From Acetomicrobium hydrogeniformans (GTDB lineage Bacteria > Synergistota > Synergistia > Synergistales > JAFGMB01), in assembly GCA_016841745.1 (NCBI GenBank), contig JAENYO010000001.1:120799-184798 (forward strand): a stretch of 64,000 bases of DNA, in the 5' to 3' direction. Within the stretch, counting starts at the first letter, position 1. The number at the start of each line of letters is the position of its first letter. The position numbers were made by a program, and so were the translations under genes. The notes beneath the pieces were generated by a model. That model ran no database searches, was not told the origin of the DNA, and saw nothing but the letters and a program-made list of their open reading frames with translations. Of the stretch, positions 1 to 8,379 are shown piece by piece.

Positions 1-1104
1 CTCCCAGGCCTGGCAGGTACATTTACCCACGCCGCAACGGATTTTTTCACCTGTTGCTCCGGCTCTTAGGTTATCCAGTCTCTGCCAGAACATCCCAAGC
101 CTTTCCCCAAACTGTACTCTGTCAACATGGTCAAGTGAATGAGCCGCGCCAAGTCCAGCTATTCGTCCTTCTACCATAGCGGCAGAAGCCTCCTCTATAC
201 CATGTGCATCTCCAGCTGCCCAGATATCAGCATTACTGGTACGCATCTGATTGTCTCTTCGTGCAACATAGCCACAAAGTTCTGGAACATACATCATCTT
301 GCAGCCTGCCTGCCATAAAAGGTCTACAGTTGGAGACAGTCCCACTGACATACAAATGATGTCACAATCTATCTTCTGGGGTTCCCCCATTAACTGATTA
401 TTGTCGTCTACAGCCTGGATATATGCTCCTTCAACCTTGTTTTCCCCAATTGCCCTTGTTATGGTATGCTTCAAGAGAACGGGAACTCCAAGACGTCTAA
501 CCTTCGCTGCATGTACCCAATAACCGCTGATGTTTGGTAAGAATTCCACTATGCCAACAACATCAACTCCAGCCTGAAGCAACTGATAACTAACAACAAG
601 ACCGATATTACCTGCTCCTACCATAAGAACTTTTTTCCCTGGCACTACCCCGTAGACATTCATAAGGGTCTGGATCGCTCCTGCACCATAGACACCTGGA
701 AGATCATTATTAGGGAAAGGAAGGATCTTTTCTGAAGCACCAGTAGCATTCACAATCTTTTTGGGCTTAACAAACCAGTAATTATCCTCATCGGTCATAC
801 AGCCAACCACACCATCACCTCTGTAATAACTTTCGGCTGTAGTGTTTGTAAGAACTTCCACCTTCCCTTTCAATTGGCCAAGCTCATCCAAAAGTATTTC
901 AGCTATCTTGAAACCCCGGGTACCAGCTCTTTCAGATTCTGAACCAAAAAACTTGTGGGTCTGTTTGATCAACTGCCCTCCTAATGCGAGGTCACTATCT
1001 ACGACCATGACTTCACAACCATGAGAAGCTGCTTCTACTGCTGCAGAAAGTCCAGCGGGACCTCCACCAACGACAAGAAGTTCAGTTTCACGCAAGGTAC
1101 TCAC
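1..1104 (-). CDS. FAD/NAD(P)-dependent pyridine nucleotide-disulfide oxidoreductase, alpha-like subunit of a heteromeric D-proline/D-hydroxyproline/opine-type dehydrogenase (C-terminus runs off window)
   Basis: Not in the ORF track because it is open at the window edge. The reverse frame 1104->1 has no stop (368 codons). GTG 1104 overlaps the stop of the upstream ORF (GTGA). Translation begins (V)STLRETELLVVGGGPAGLSAAVEAASHGCEVMVVD (GxGxxG dinucleotide fold). A second motif KKVLMVGAGNIGLVVSYQL and a later IWAAGDA follow. Confidence 0.75.
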   Translation of the reverse strand, partial: MSTLRETELLVVGGGPAGLSAAVEAASHGCEVMVVDSDLALGGQLIKQTHKFFGSESERAGTRGFKIAEILLDELGQLKGKVEVLTNTTAESYYRGDGVVGCMTDEDNYWFVKPKKIVNATGASEKILPFPNNDLPGVYGAGAIQTLMNVYGVVPGKKVLMVGAGNIGLVVSYQLLQAGVDVVGIVEFLPNISGYWVHAAKVRRLGVPVLLKHTITRAIGENKVEGAYIQAVDDNNQLMGEPQKIDCDIICMSVGLSPTVDLLWQAGCKMMYVPELCGYVARRDNQMRTSNADIWAAGDAHGIEEASAAMVEGRIAGLGAAHSLDHVDRVQFGERLGMFWQRLDNLRAGATGEKIRCGVGKCTCQAWE

Positions 1105-1451
1105 CTTCTTTTCCTTTCATCCAGCAAGGCTACCTGTCCATCTCCGTGCTGGGTTTCCACGTTCATGCCTTCTTTCAGGGCTGTCACACATGTACGGACA
1201 TTAGGTACTCCATCTACAACCATAAAGCAGGAGGAACATTTTCCGATAGCACAAAAAAATCCCCTGTCTCTATCCATTCTCTTTGTTTTGCGATAAGTCG
1301 TTACACCATTGGCATGAAGAGCGGCAGCAATAGGTTCTCCCTCATAACCTTCCAGATCTTTGCCATCAAAAACAAACTTGACTTTCTTTTTGTGACTGAA
1401 CTCCAGTACAGGATGTTCCTTGATCCAGCCCAAATAACTCACTCCTTTCAC
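1101..1451 (-). CDS. small (2Fe-2S)-binding subunit (sarcosine-oxidase-alpha N-terminal / HcnA / opine-oxidase type)
   Basis: Track ORF of 116 aa with the Cys cluster FFCAIGKCSSCFMVVDGVPNVRTC. AAGGAG lies 7 nt before the in-frame TTG at 1433, so the real start is probably 1433. The track start at 1451 is GTG. Confidence 0.7.
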   Translation of the reverse strand: MKGVSYLGWIKEHPVLEFSHKKKVKFVFDGKDLEGYEGEPIAAALHANGVTTYRKTKRMDRDRGFFCAIGKCSSCFMVVDGVPNVRTCVTALKEGMNVETQHGDGQVALLDERKRR

Positions 1452-1591
1452 CGAAAAAGACAGACAGAATTGAGCGACTCCCCCTTGATCACTACAACTT
1501 ACCTAGGAATATGTTGTTTTCAGATAAACGTTTTCTATTCCCCCAATCCCTTGGTAGAGCTATTATAGAAACTCCCTTTTGTCAAACATGT

Positions 1592-2599
1592 TCAGCGAGG
1601 CAGGAAAAAGCCGTCTCCCACGTCATCACCCTTCTGTTTCAATAGAAAGTTGAACCCTGTTACGTTTGAACGACTCTTGATATAAGGTATGACCGTGCCA
1701 AAGCCCCCAACTTCAGGACCGGCCTCAGTGGTCCCCCTGAAGTGACTGCCGGTAACACCTTCATGGATAAATTCTTCTCCGTATTTGAGTTTTCCTTTGG
1801 CAACAAGGGTAGCCATCTTGGCACAGGTTCCAGTCCCACAAGGAGACCTGTCCACTGCTCCATCTCCAAATACCACCAGGTTTTTTGTCGGAAGTCCTTC
1901 TCTCTCTAGACTGAATTCTGTCAGTTCTACCTTATCAATATGCGTTTCGACAGGATGTTGGATTTTAAGTTTTCGATTAACCACATCTCTTATCTCAAGT
2001 CCTAGAGGAATCAACTTCGGGGTTTCCTCGGCTATAAGGTCCATACCAAGCTGCCCTGCAGGAACTATGGCAAAAAAATTACCTCCAAATGCAATATCAA
2101 GTTTGACCTTATGTCCTAATGAAGGAACTTCAACTTCCACATTCCCTTCATATAGGAAAGCAGGTACATTCTTCATAGTCACATCCCCTACAAGACCTTG
2201 AGAGACTTCGACGTCAAGTTCCACGAGTCCAGCCGGAGAATCAAGAAGAACTTTTGTTGTCGGCTCTGTTTTACGGATCATTCCAAGTTCAACAAGAGTC
2301 CGTGCCATGCCTATAGAACCATGACCACACATGGAAATACTTCCTCCAGCATCCATAAAAAGGACACCAAAGTGAGAACCTCTCTTTTCTGGGGGCGTAA
2401 TAAGAGCACCGAACATATCGTTATGCCCCCTGGGCTCTCTCATGACAAAGGTTCTGAAATCATTGTGTTTCTCCTTGAATTCAAGCCATTTCTCAGCTAC
2501 TGTTTCACCGGTCAGGAAAGGACCTCCACCAATAATTATCCGGGTAGGTTCCCCCCCTGTATGGGTATCTATAACAGCTACAGCTCGTTCTATATCCAT
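1592..2599 (-). CDS. proline racemase / 4-hydroxyproline 2-epimerase family enzyme (Cys/Cys catalytic pair)
   Basis: Track ORF of 336 aa. The motifs SMCGHG and DRSPCGTGTCA supply both catalytic cysteines. AAGGAGG lies 7 nt before ATG 2599; the track start is GTG 2602. Confidence 0.9.
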   Translation of the reverse strand: MDIERAVAVIDTHTGGEPTRIIIGGGPFLTGETVAEKWLEFKEKHNDFRTFVMREPRGHNDMFGALITPPEKRGSHFGVLFMDAGGSISMCGHGSIGMARTLVELGMIRKTEPTTKVLLDSPAGLVELDVEVSQGLVGDVTMKNVPAFLYEGNVEVEVPSLGHKVKLDIAFGGNFFAIVPAGQLGMDLIAEETPKLIPLGLEIRDVVNRKLKIQHPVETHIDKVELTEFSLEREGLPTKNLVVFGDGAVDRSPCGTGTCAKMATLVAKGKLKYGEEFIHEGVTGSHFRGTTEAGPEVGGFGTVIPYIKSRSNVTGFNFLLKQKGDDVGDGFFLPR

Positions 2600-2650
2600 C
2601 ACAGACCCTCCTTAGATAGTCTATTAATGAAAAATATCAAAAACCCTAGG

Positions 2651-2666
2651 TGTGAAATTAATCACA
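2651..2666. promoter_or_regulatory. TGTGA-N6-TCACA palindrome (CRP/FNR-family or Rex-type operator candidate) upstream of the epimerase operon
   Basis: The sequence is ggTGTGAaattaaTCACAttt, with both half-sites perfect. The centre lies ~59 nt upstream of ATG 2599 and ~30-36 nt upstream of weak -10-like hexamers (CATTAAT). Confidence 0.35.
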
Positions 2667-3025
2667 TTTCCAACTAAAAAAACACTTCAACCTTGTATTA
2701 CTCTCATTCACTATTTACGGAAAGATCTGAACGGATTGTAACCATCCAGGTTGAGCAGACAATGAAAAGGGTGCTCTGTTCCGGAGATTTTACGATACAC
2801 CATCTCTTATCTTTTCAAATAGAACTAAACAGAATATAAGAGATTGGCGGCAGATTGTTTCCATTTTTCCACTTGATACAGTTTGTTCAAAGGAATTGCG
2901 GGCGAATCTCCTTTCGTCCGGAGTGATTCACTCCTCTCCTGAACAGCATTTTTGAAGGAGCAATAGAATTACGAATAGAACAGTTCTTGTTATTACTTAA
3001 TATATTAATAAAAAGAACACTTGAT

Positions 3026-3054
3026 AAAGGGGAGCGGGAAAACCGCTCCCCTTT
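3026..3054 (-). terminator. intrinsic terminator after the NSS transporter / small ORF
   Basis: AAAGGGGAGCGG-gaaaa-CCGCTCCCCTTT forms a perfect 12-bp stem. On the minus strand it is followed by TTTATCAAGTGTTCTTTTT. Confidence 0.7.
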
Positions 3055-3077
3055 GATTAATTCATATAGACTTTAGA

Positions 3078-3173
3078 CTATTTCTGAGCTTCTGCCTCCA
3101 TGGTTTTCTTAACACACCAACCGGTTCCACCCCAGACAATACCTAAAACAACAAGCATCCACAGTACCCACAT
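3078..3173 (-). CDS. 31-aa single-TM peptide, candidate MetS-like small subunit of the adjacent NSS transporter
   Basis: Below the track size cutoff. GAGGAGG lies 7 nt upstream of ATG 3173. The product is MWVLWMLVVLGIVWGGTGWCVKKTMEAEAQK (a hydrophobic helix with WGG, then a basic tail). It starts 59 nt after the NSS stop and ends just before the terminator. Confidence 0.55.
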   Translation of the reverse strand: MWVLWMLVVLGIVWGGTGWCVKKTMEAEAQK

Positions 3174-3232
3174 AATAATTCCTCCTCTTCTGCGTTAGAT
3201 AAACTTATCAGTATCAAATAGACTTATAAGTG

Positions 3233-4708
3233 TTAATCCAACACGGCAGGATATTTCATCACCTTGTTGAACCAGTTATTGAGCATGATAATAACTGCAA
3301 AACAAGGGATCCATTGATAAATAATGGTTCCAACTGAGAAAGCATATTGGGACATGGGAAGCCATTTCATCCACTCGCCCGGATACCAGGTTGCGGCCTG
3401 CCAGATCCACCAGCTGGTAAGGATAACGAAAATCACAGGAACACCATAAAGCAGGTTCCACATCCACCTGGCATTGATATTTGAAGTGGGGGCTATATGG
3501 TCATCATAAACTTTGCCGATCCCGTACTTCATCATAGCTATGGTTATGAATACGCCGCTGGCAAGAAGTCCCACACCCCAGACCCAGTCCTGGTTATCCT
3601 GGAATACCATGCTGTAGGATGAAGGCAGACCAAGAAGTGTAATAGCAACACCCGCAAAGATGGCAGCTTTTGTACGAGTCCAGCCCATATCAAGAAGCAA
3701 ACGTACTCCAAGTTCAACCATTGAAAGGAGTGAAGATAGTGCAGCAAAAGAAAGGGCAACAAAGAACATAATTGCTGCAGCACGACCCATGGGCATTGTT
3801 GTAAACAGTTTTGTAAGGTGAATGAATGTAATTCCGCTGTTTCCGGCTGCGAGGATGGGGGTAGGATCAGGAGAAAGAGCAAAGATCGTAGGAATGACGA
3901 CCATTGCTGCAAGCATACCTGCACTTGTATCAGCAAAACAGACAGTTGTCGCATTCAATGCAATGTCTTCTTCATCCTTGACATAAACGAAATATGTAAG
4001 CATGAGACCCCAGCCAGCACCTGTGGACCAGGCGATCTGAGTAAAAGCTTCCAGCCAGACCTTACCACTTCCAAAGAGCTTGATGTTAGCCGGAGAGAAA
4101 AGATACTCCAATCCAGCCATGGCACCAGGAAGGGTAACGGCGCGAAGCATAAGTACAACAAGCAAAACAAAGAGAGTAGGTATAAGGATCTTGTTAACCC
4201 TCTCTATGCCAGTCTGAATCCCCTTCATGATAACAAGGGTACAAATGATCATGGCAACAATATGAAAAGTCATCTTGTCGGTTGGATTATTACTGAAAGT
4301 GGTCCATAAGAGTTCAGTATCAAGACCGGACTTGATAACACCTGTAAAAGCATAGACCGCATAACGGAGGCAATACCCCACTACTACGGCATAATAAAAA
4401 GTAACACAAAGACATATCCAGGCAACGATGCCGCCCATCCAGGTATACTTCTCTCCAATAAATTTCTTGAACGAGCCGATTACTCCAAACCTCGTCGACT
4501 TACCAAGAACAGCCTCAGCCATCAGAATAGGAATACCCCAAAGGAATAACGCAAGAATACAAAGTACTATGAATGGCCCCCCTCCATTGGCTGCAGCAAC
4601 ACGTGGAAACCTCCAGATGTTACCGGTACCAACCGCCATTCCTATAGCGGATAAGATAAGACCCGTACGTGACCCCCACTGTTCCGTTTTTTCTGTCTTC
4701 CCACTCAT
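3233..4708 (-). CDS. sodium-dependent transporter, neurotransmitter:sodium symporter (NSS/SNF) family
   Basis: 491 aa and polytopic. The N-terminal WGSRTGLILSAIGMAVGTGNIWRFP is the NSS family signature. Confidence 0.9.
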   Translation of the reverse strand: MSGKTEKTEQWGSRTGLILSAIGMAVGTGNIWRFPRVAAANGGGPFIVLCILALFLWGIPILMAEAVLGKSTRFGVIGSFKKFIGEKYTWMGGIVAWICLCVTFYYAVVVGYCLRYAVYAFTGVIKSGLDTELLWTTFSNNPTDKMTFHIVAMIICTLVIMKGIQTGIERVNKILIPTLFVLLVVLMLRAVTLPGAMAGLEYLFSPANIKLFGSGKVWLEAFTQIAWSTGAGWGLMLTYFVYVKDEEDIALNATTVCFADTSAGMLAAMVVIPTIFALSPDPTPILAAGNSGITFIHLTKLFTTMPMGRAAAIMFFVALSFAALSSLLSMVELGVRLLLDMGWTRTKAAIFAGVAITLLGLPSSYSMVFQDNQDWVWGVGLLASGVFITIAMMKYGIGKVYDDHIAPTSNINARWMWNLLYGVPVIFVILTSWWIWQAATWYPGEWMKWLPMSQYAFSVGTIIYQWIPCFAVIIMLNNWFNKVMKYPAVLD

Positions 4709-5693
4709 AAATAAAAACGCCCCCTTTACTTCTTTTCTATACAGATTCCCCTAGTATTGCATATAGAAGCCACCACCATCAGTTGAAAAAAGTTTGAACT
4801 CTTTGTCAAGACCACCCCCCACTCGATCACGTCGTTAAATCAAAAGAGTTTGATTATGAGAATTCCCATGCTCTTCATTAAAACAACGTCTCAAAGATCT
4901 ATTGCATCTTAATTAATACCCCTTAAACAGGATATTTACTGCACCACAATCTCCTTTCTGTATAAAAAACCCACATACTCTGAACTGTTTATTATGTCTA
5001 TGTTCTATAGAACCTGATAATTGCCATTGTGAGCTTGAGACAGTATTCCCTATGGTGAATCGAACATTGTAAGCATAATTAGGTAGACACTGCCCTGCAC
5101 AGCAAACCACCTGTTCTATATTGGAATATATAAATCAAAAAATAGAACATACTAGCTATTGCAAGGTCACCTCTTAAAAGTTTCTTTCTTGAGAATATAC
5201 GGCAGGACACAAAACAGCACCGTACCATGTTCAAACGAATGGTCAGGAGTATTCATATCCACGATAAGAATCCTGTTTTTTCAATAAAACGACAGTCTGT
5301 CGATACATATGAAATTTTGCCTGTTCACCAGGTTAACTTGTTCCCTGATAAAGATTTCACAAATACGAATAAACACGAACGAATACAGCTCGAAAGGAAC
5401 ATGTCGACACTAAGCACATTTCCTTTCAACAGAATTACAGAATTGAGATGGTATCTTAATTCTCGAAAAGACAGACTAGACTGAACATGACAAAAGAAAA
5501 GTGGGATGGGTATTCTTATATATGAACTGGTCCAGATTTTTATAAAGGAAAAGAAAAATGAAAGAATCTGCTTTGAAATATTGAGTTTGGAAATTTCAAT
5601 GTTGTATGGCAGACCAGCTATATCGGAATTGATTGTAAAACAAGGAGAATCTTTCTGTCAAGACAATAAAGGCACTTTGGAAAAGAATAAAAA

Positions 5694-5718
5694 AAGTGCC
5701 TCTAAAATAGAGGCACTT
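5694..5718 (-). terminator. original proC intrinsic terminator hairpin, now separated from proC by the IS remnant
   Basis: AAGTGCCTC-taaaata-GAGGCACTT forms a 9-bp stem. On the minus strand it is followed by TTTTTTATTCTTTT. Confidence 0.6.
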
Positions 5719-6680
5719 CAGACTGCAGACAAAGTCCTCTGGAAAAACTTTTCCAGAGGACTTTGTTGATTTCCTAGATTATGCAGAAAGCAAAGTGGCT
5801 GACAATAGAATGAGAATAAAGTTTATCCTCGCTGAACCTTGGCTCCTTTGCCTTCCAACTTGCTAACTTCTTCAGATTCATACACGCAAAGGTAAGCAAG
5901 ACTTTCATTTTCATTCTGGCTTTACCTTTCAATGTGGTATATCTCAAACCATGTCTTTCCTTGGCATCCGCAAATACCCTTTCTATGGTCTGAGAACGTT
6001 GTGCATAGGTGGCTTTACCAAGTCGGATCTCTTCCACCCTGTCCACATAATCAGCCCATACATGACGAATTACTACCTTCTGGTTACTCCTGCTTAGAGT
6101 ACACTTCTCCAGATGTGGACAATCCTTGCACCTTTTCTTGTCGCTTCGGTATTCCCGGTAACCTTCCCTGTTGGTAGTTCCGTATTTCAATTCCTGACCT
6201 GCAGGATTTGTGAAAAGATCTTCTCGAAAATATCCGTATCTGCAAACCTTCTGACGTAGTTCTTGCCGAAGGTGGTGAAATGGGGTATTATCTCCATCAA
6301 TCCGTAACCCAGGAACCAGGGGTAAGCTATGTTCACCCCTATCTCCCTTATGGTCCTCCTCATGCTTGAAATTCCGAATAGGTACTGTATAAACACGATC
6401 TTGAAAAGAACCACAGGATCTATGCTGGGCCTGCCATTATCATGGCAGTACCTGTCCTCAACAAGGTCATAAATGAGAGAAAAATCTATGGCCTTCTCTA
6501 TATCCCGCAGTATATGGTCCTGAGGCATAAGGTCCTCAATGCTGTGAAATCCAATCTGTTGTCTGCTGTCTTCTGTACGTCTATTCAACATCTATATCAC
6601 CACCAACTCAAGTATAACCAAATCCCTTACATAGAAAAAAAGCCCAACCATAAAAATGGCTGAGCTTTGTCTTCAGTCAG
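5719..6680 (-). mobile_element. IS1182-family (IS5-like) insertion sequence remnant with an internal deletion (962 bp)
   Basis: Terminal inverted repeats are CAGACTGCAGACAAAG (5719-5734) and CTTTGTCTTCAGTCAG (6665-6680), matching 14/16. A flanking direct repeat GCACTT sits at 5713-5718 and 6681-6686. Transposase fragments lie inside. Confidence 0.7.
5774..6591 (-). pseudogene. DDE transposase (IS1182 type) lacking its catalytic core, split into two ORFs (134 + 138 aa)
   Basis: The N-terminal part carries GRPSIDPVVLFKIVFIQYLFGISSMRRTIREI. The C-terminal part carries CKDCPHLEKC...RSQTIERVFADAKERHGLRYTTLKGKARMKMKVLLTFACMNLKKLA. Together they total ~270 aa in two frames that abut at 6187-6190. 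Confidence 0.7.
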
Positions 6681-6690
6681 GCACTTCTTT

Positions 6691-7542
6691 TTATTCTTTT
6701 GGTTGCATGCTCTCGGTTATCTGTTGTAAGGCCTGTTTTCTAATTTGTTCTGCCAGTTGATGTCCTCTCTCGGTAGCAGCACTTATAGCCCTCATAAAAG
6801 CAGTTCTGATCTTGGCTTCTTCAAGTTCATATAACCCCTCTATTGTCGTACCTCCCGGGGTTGCTACCTGATCCCTGAGTTCAGCCGGATGGACATCGGC
6901 TGACAGAAGAAGTTCTGACGCCCCAATCGCAGTACTTGCTGCAGCTTTGCAAGCCAGATCCCTCGGAATACCCACACGAAGGCCTCCATAAGTCAAAGCC
7001 TCAATGACAGTATATATATAGGCAGGACCAGATCCTGACATGGCTGTCAGAGGATCCATAAATCTTTCTTCGACCATTTCAACAAGCCCCATGGTGTGCA
7101 GAAGGTCTTCGACCATGGATAGGTCTTCACTGGAAAGGCTTTTGGAGGGGGTATATACTGTAAAAGCTTTTTTCACAATAGCACATGTATTTGTCATCCC
7201 CCTGACCCATTTCACATCAGGCAGAACTTTACATAGTAAAGACAATTCCAGAGCTGCAGCCATTGAGATACATATTTTACCCCTTATTCCTTCAGATACT
7301 TCAAGGACTAACGGTATTACCTGAAAAGGTTTTACAGTAAACAAAACAAGGTCTGCTTCTTCCGCGGCCAGCCTGTTATCAGCGATAACCCTGATTCCCG
7401 CCTTCTCAAGAGATTTGCTCTTTTCTAGCTTTCTCCTGGTAGCTGTAACTTCATATCCCTCAGATACGAGACACTTACATATGGCAGATCCGATAACACC
7501 AGCACCCAGAACTGCGATCTTCGGTTTTTTCGTATTTCCCAT
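6691..7542 (-). CDS. proC: pyrroline-5-carboxylate reductase
   Basis: Contains the KIAVLGAGVIGSAI Rossmann motif and the C-terminal VATPGGTTIEGL motif. GGGGTG lies 6 nt before ATG 7542; the track start is GTG 7551. Confidence 0.85.
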   Translation of the reverse strand: MGNTKKPKIAVLGAGVIGSAICKCLVSEGYEVTATRRKLEKSKSLEKAGIRVIADNRLAAEEADLVLFTVKPFQVIPLVLEVSEGIRGKICISMAAALELSLLCKVLPDVKWVRGMTNTCAIVKKAFTVYTPSKSLSSEDLSMVEDLLHTMGLVEMVEERFMDPLTAMSGSGPAYIYTVIEALTYGGLRVGIPRDLACKAAASTAIGASELLLSADVHPAELRDQVATPGGTTIEGLYELEEAKIRTAFMRAISAATERGHQLAEQIRKQALQQITESMQPKE

Positions 7543-7599
7543 TCTTAACACCCCATCCAGATAGTAAAGTGAATTGTTCCAAAACAGGTAAAAAGATTC

Positions 7600-8379
7600 T
7601 TAGCTTATTTTACCCATAAATCCCCTTGTCCATTCATACATCCCTATAGCAGCGGCTACACTTGCATTAAGAGATGCGGTATGTCCGCTCATAGGAATAC
7701 TTCTCAGTTCATCACATTTAGAGGCTGCAAGCCTGGATAGCCCCTCACCTTCAGAACCAACGACCAGACCAAGCCTTGATGGCATATCATCTTCCCATAT
7801 TCCCTGTTCTGCCTTGTGATCAAGACCTACAATCCAGAAACCGGCCTTCTGAAGAAGCTGAAGAGTCCTTGAGATATTAACCACACAGATAAGAGGAACC
7901 CTTAATGCAGAACCTGCACTTACCTTGATTACAGTTCCCGTAGGCGATGAAGATCGTTTGCTTGGGAATATTACTCCAGAAGCGCCAGATGCCTCTGCAC
8001 TCCGGATAATTGCACCAAGGTTATGGGGATCCTGTATGTGGTCGAGAATTATTAACATACATGGCTTAGCAGGATCCAGTCCATGTATAAAATCATCGAG
8101 ATCAAGAGGTTCTAAGGCTTCCATGCGGACAACGATACCCTGATGATTTTCTCCTTTGGAAAGTTTCTCAAGAACCCCTGCGTGAACCTTTTCAAGGACA
8201 ATATTTTTTGCAGATGCTATTTCCTCAACTCTGTTGGAAAAGGTTTTGTCTGAAGATTCTGAAAGCAAAACTTTTAGACATTTTGAAGGATACTCTGTGA
8301 GTAATGTAAGTACAGGCTGCCGACCCCAGCAGAGTTCCGTTCCATTTCTTGGATTTTTCACATTGACCAGGATAATCAC
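7600..8379 (-). CDS. rlmB: SpoU/TrmH-family rRNA 2'-O-methyltransferase (RlmB-like)
   Basis: Contains DHIQDPHNLGAIIRSAEASGA, VVGSEGEGLS and SLNASVAAAIGMYEW motifs. The GTG start overlaps the uvrA stop (GTGA). Confidence 0.75.
   Translation of the reverse strand: MIILVNVKNPRNGTELCWGRQPVLTLLTEYPSKCLKVLLSESSDKTFSNRVEEIASAKNIVLEKVHAGVLEKLSKGENHQGIVVRMEALEPLDLDDFIHGLDPAKPCMLIILDHIQDPHNLGAIIRSAEASGASGVIFPSKRSSSPTGTVIKVSAGSALRVPLICVVNISRTLQLLQKAGFWIVGLDHKAEQGIWEDDMPSRLGLVVGSEGEGLSRLAASKCDELRSIPMSGHTASLNASVAAAIGMYEWTRGFMGKIS

Noticed and set aside
2667-3025. The long untranslated stretch upstream of the epimerase gene has hairpins (GGAGTGAATCACTCC; ATCTCTTAT...ATAAGAGAT) and fragments reminiscent of a glycine riboswitch (GGAGAG...GAAAGGAGA; AAUCUCCGGAACAGAGCAC), plus a U-run (GAAGTGTTTTTTT).
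   Set aside because: The conserved cores of the glycine riboswitch (CACCGAAGGGGCAA, CUCUCAGGCAAAAGGAC) and of T-boxes (GGUGGUACCGCG) are absent. The spacing between the similar fragments is ~130 nt, far more than in the real aptamers. It cannot be supported without a covariance-model scan.
5227-5769. Two plus-strand ORFs of 85 and 87 aa sit in the AT-rich spacer.
   Set aside because: They have no SD and no recognisable motif. Their composition is typical of random ORFs in AT-rich DNA, and the second runs through the proC terminator and the IS inverted repeat.
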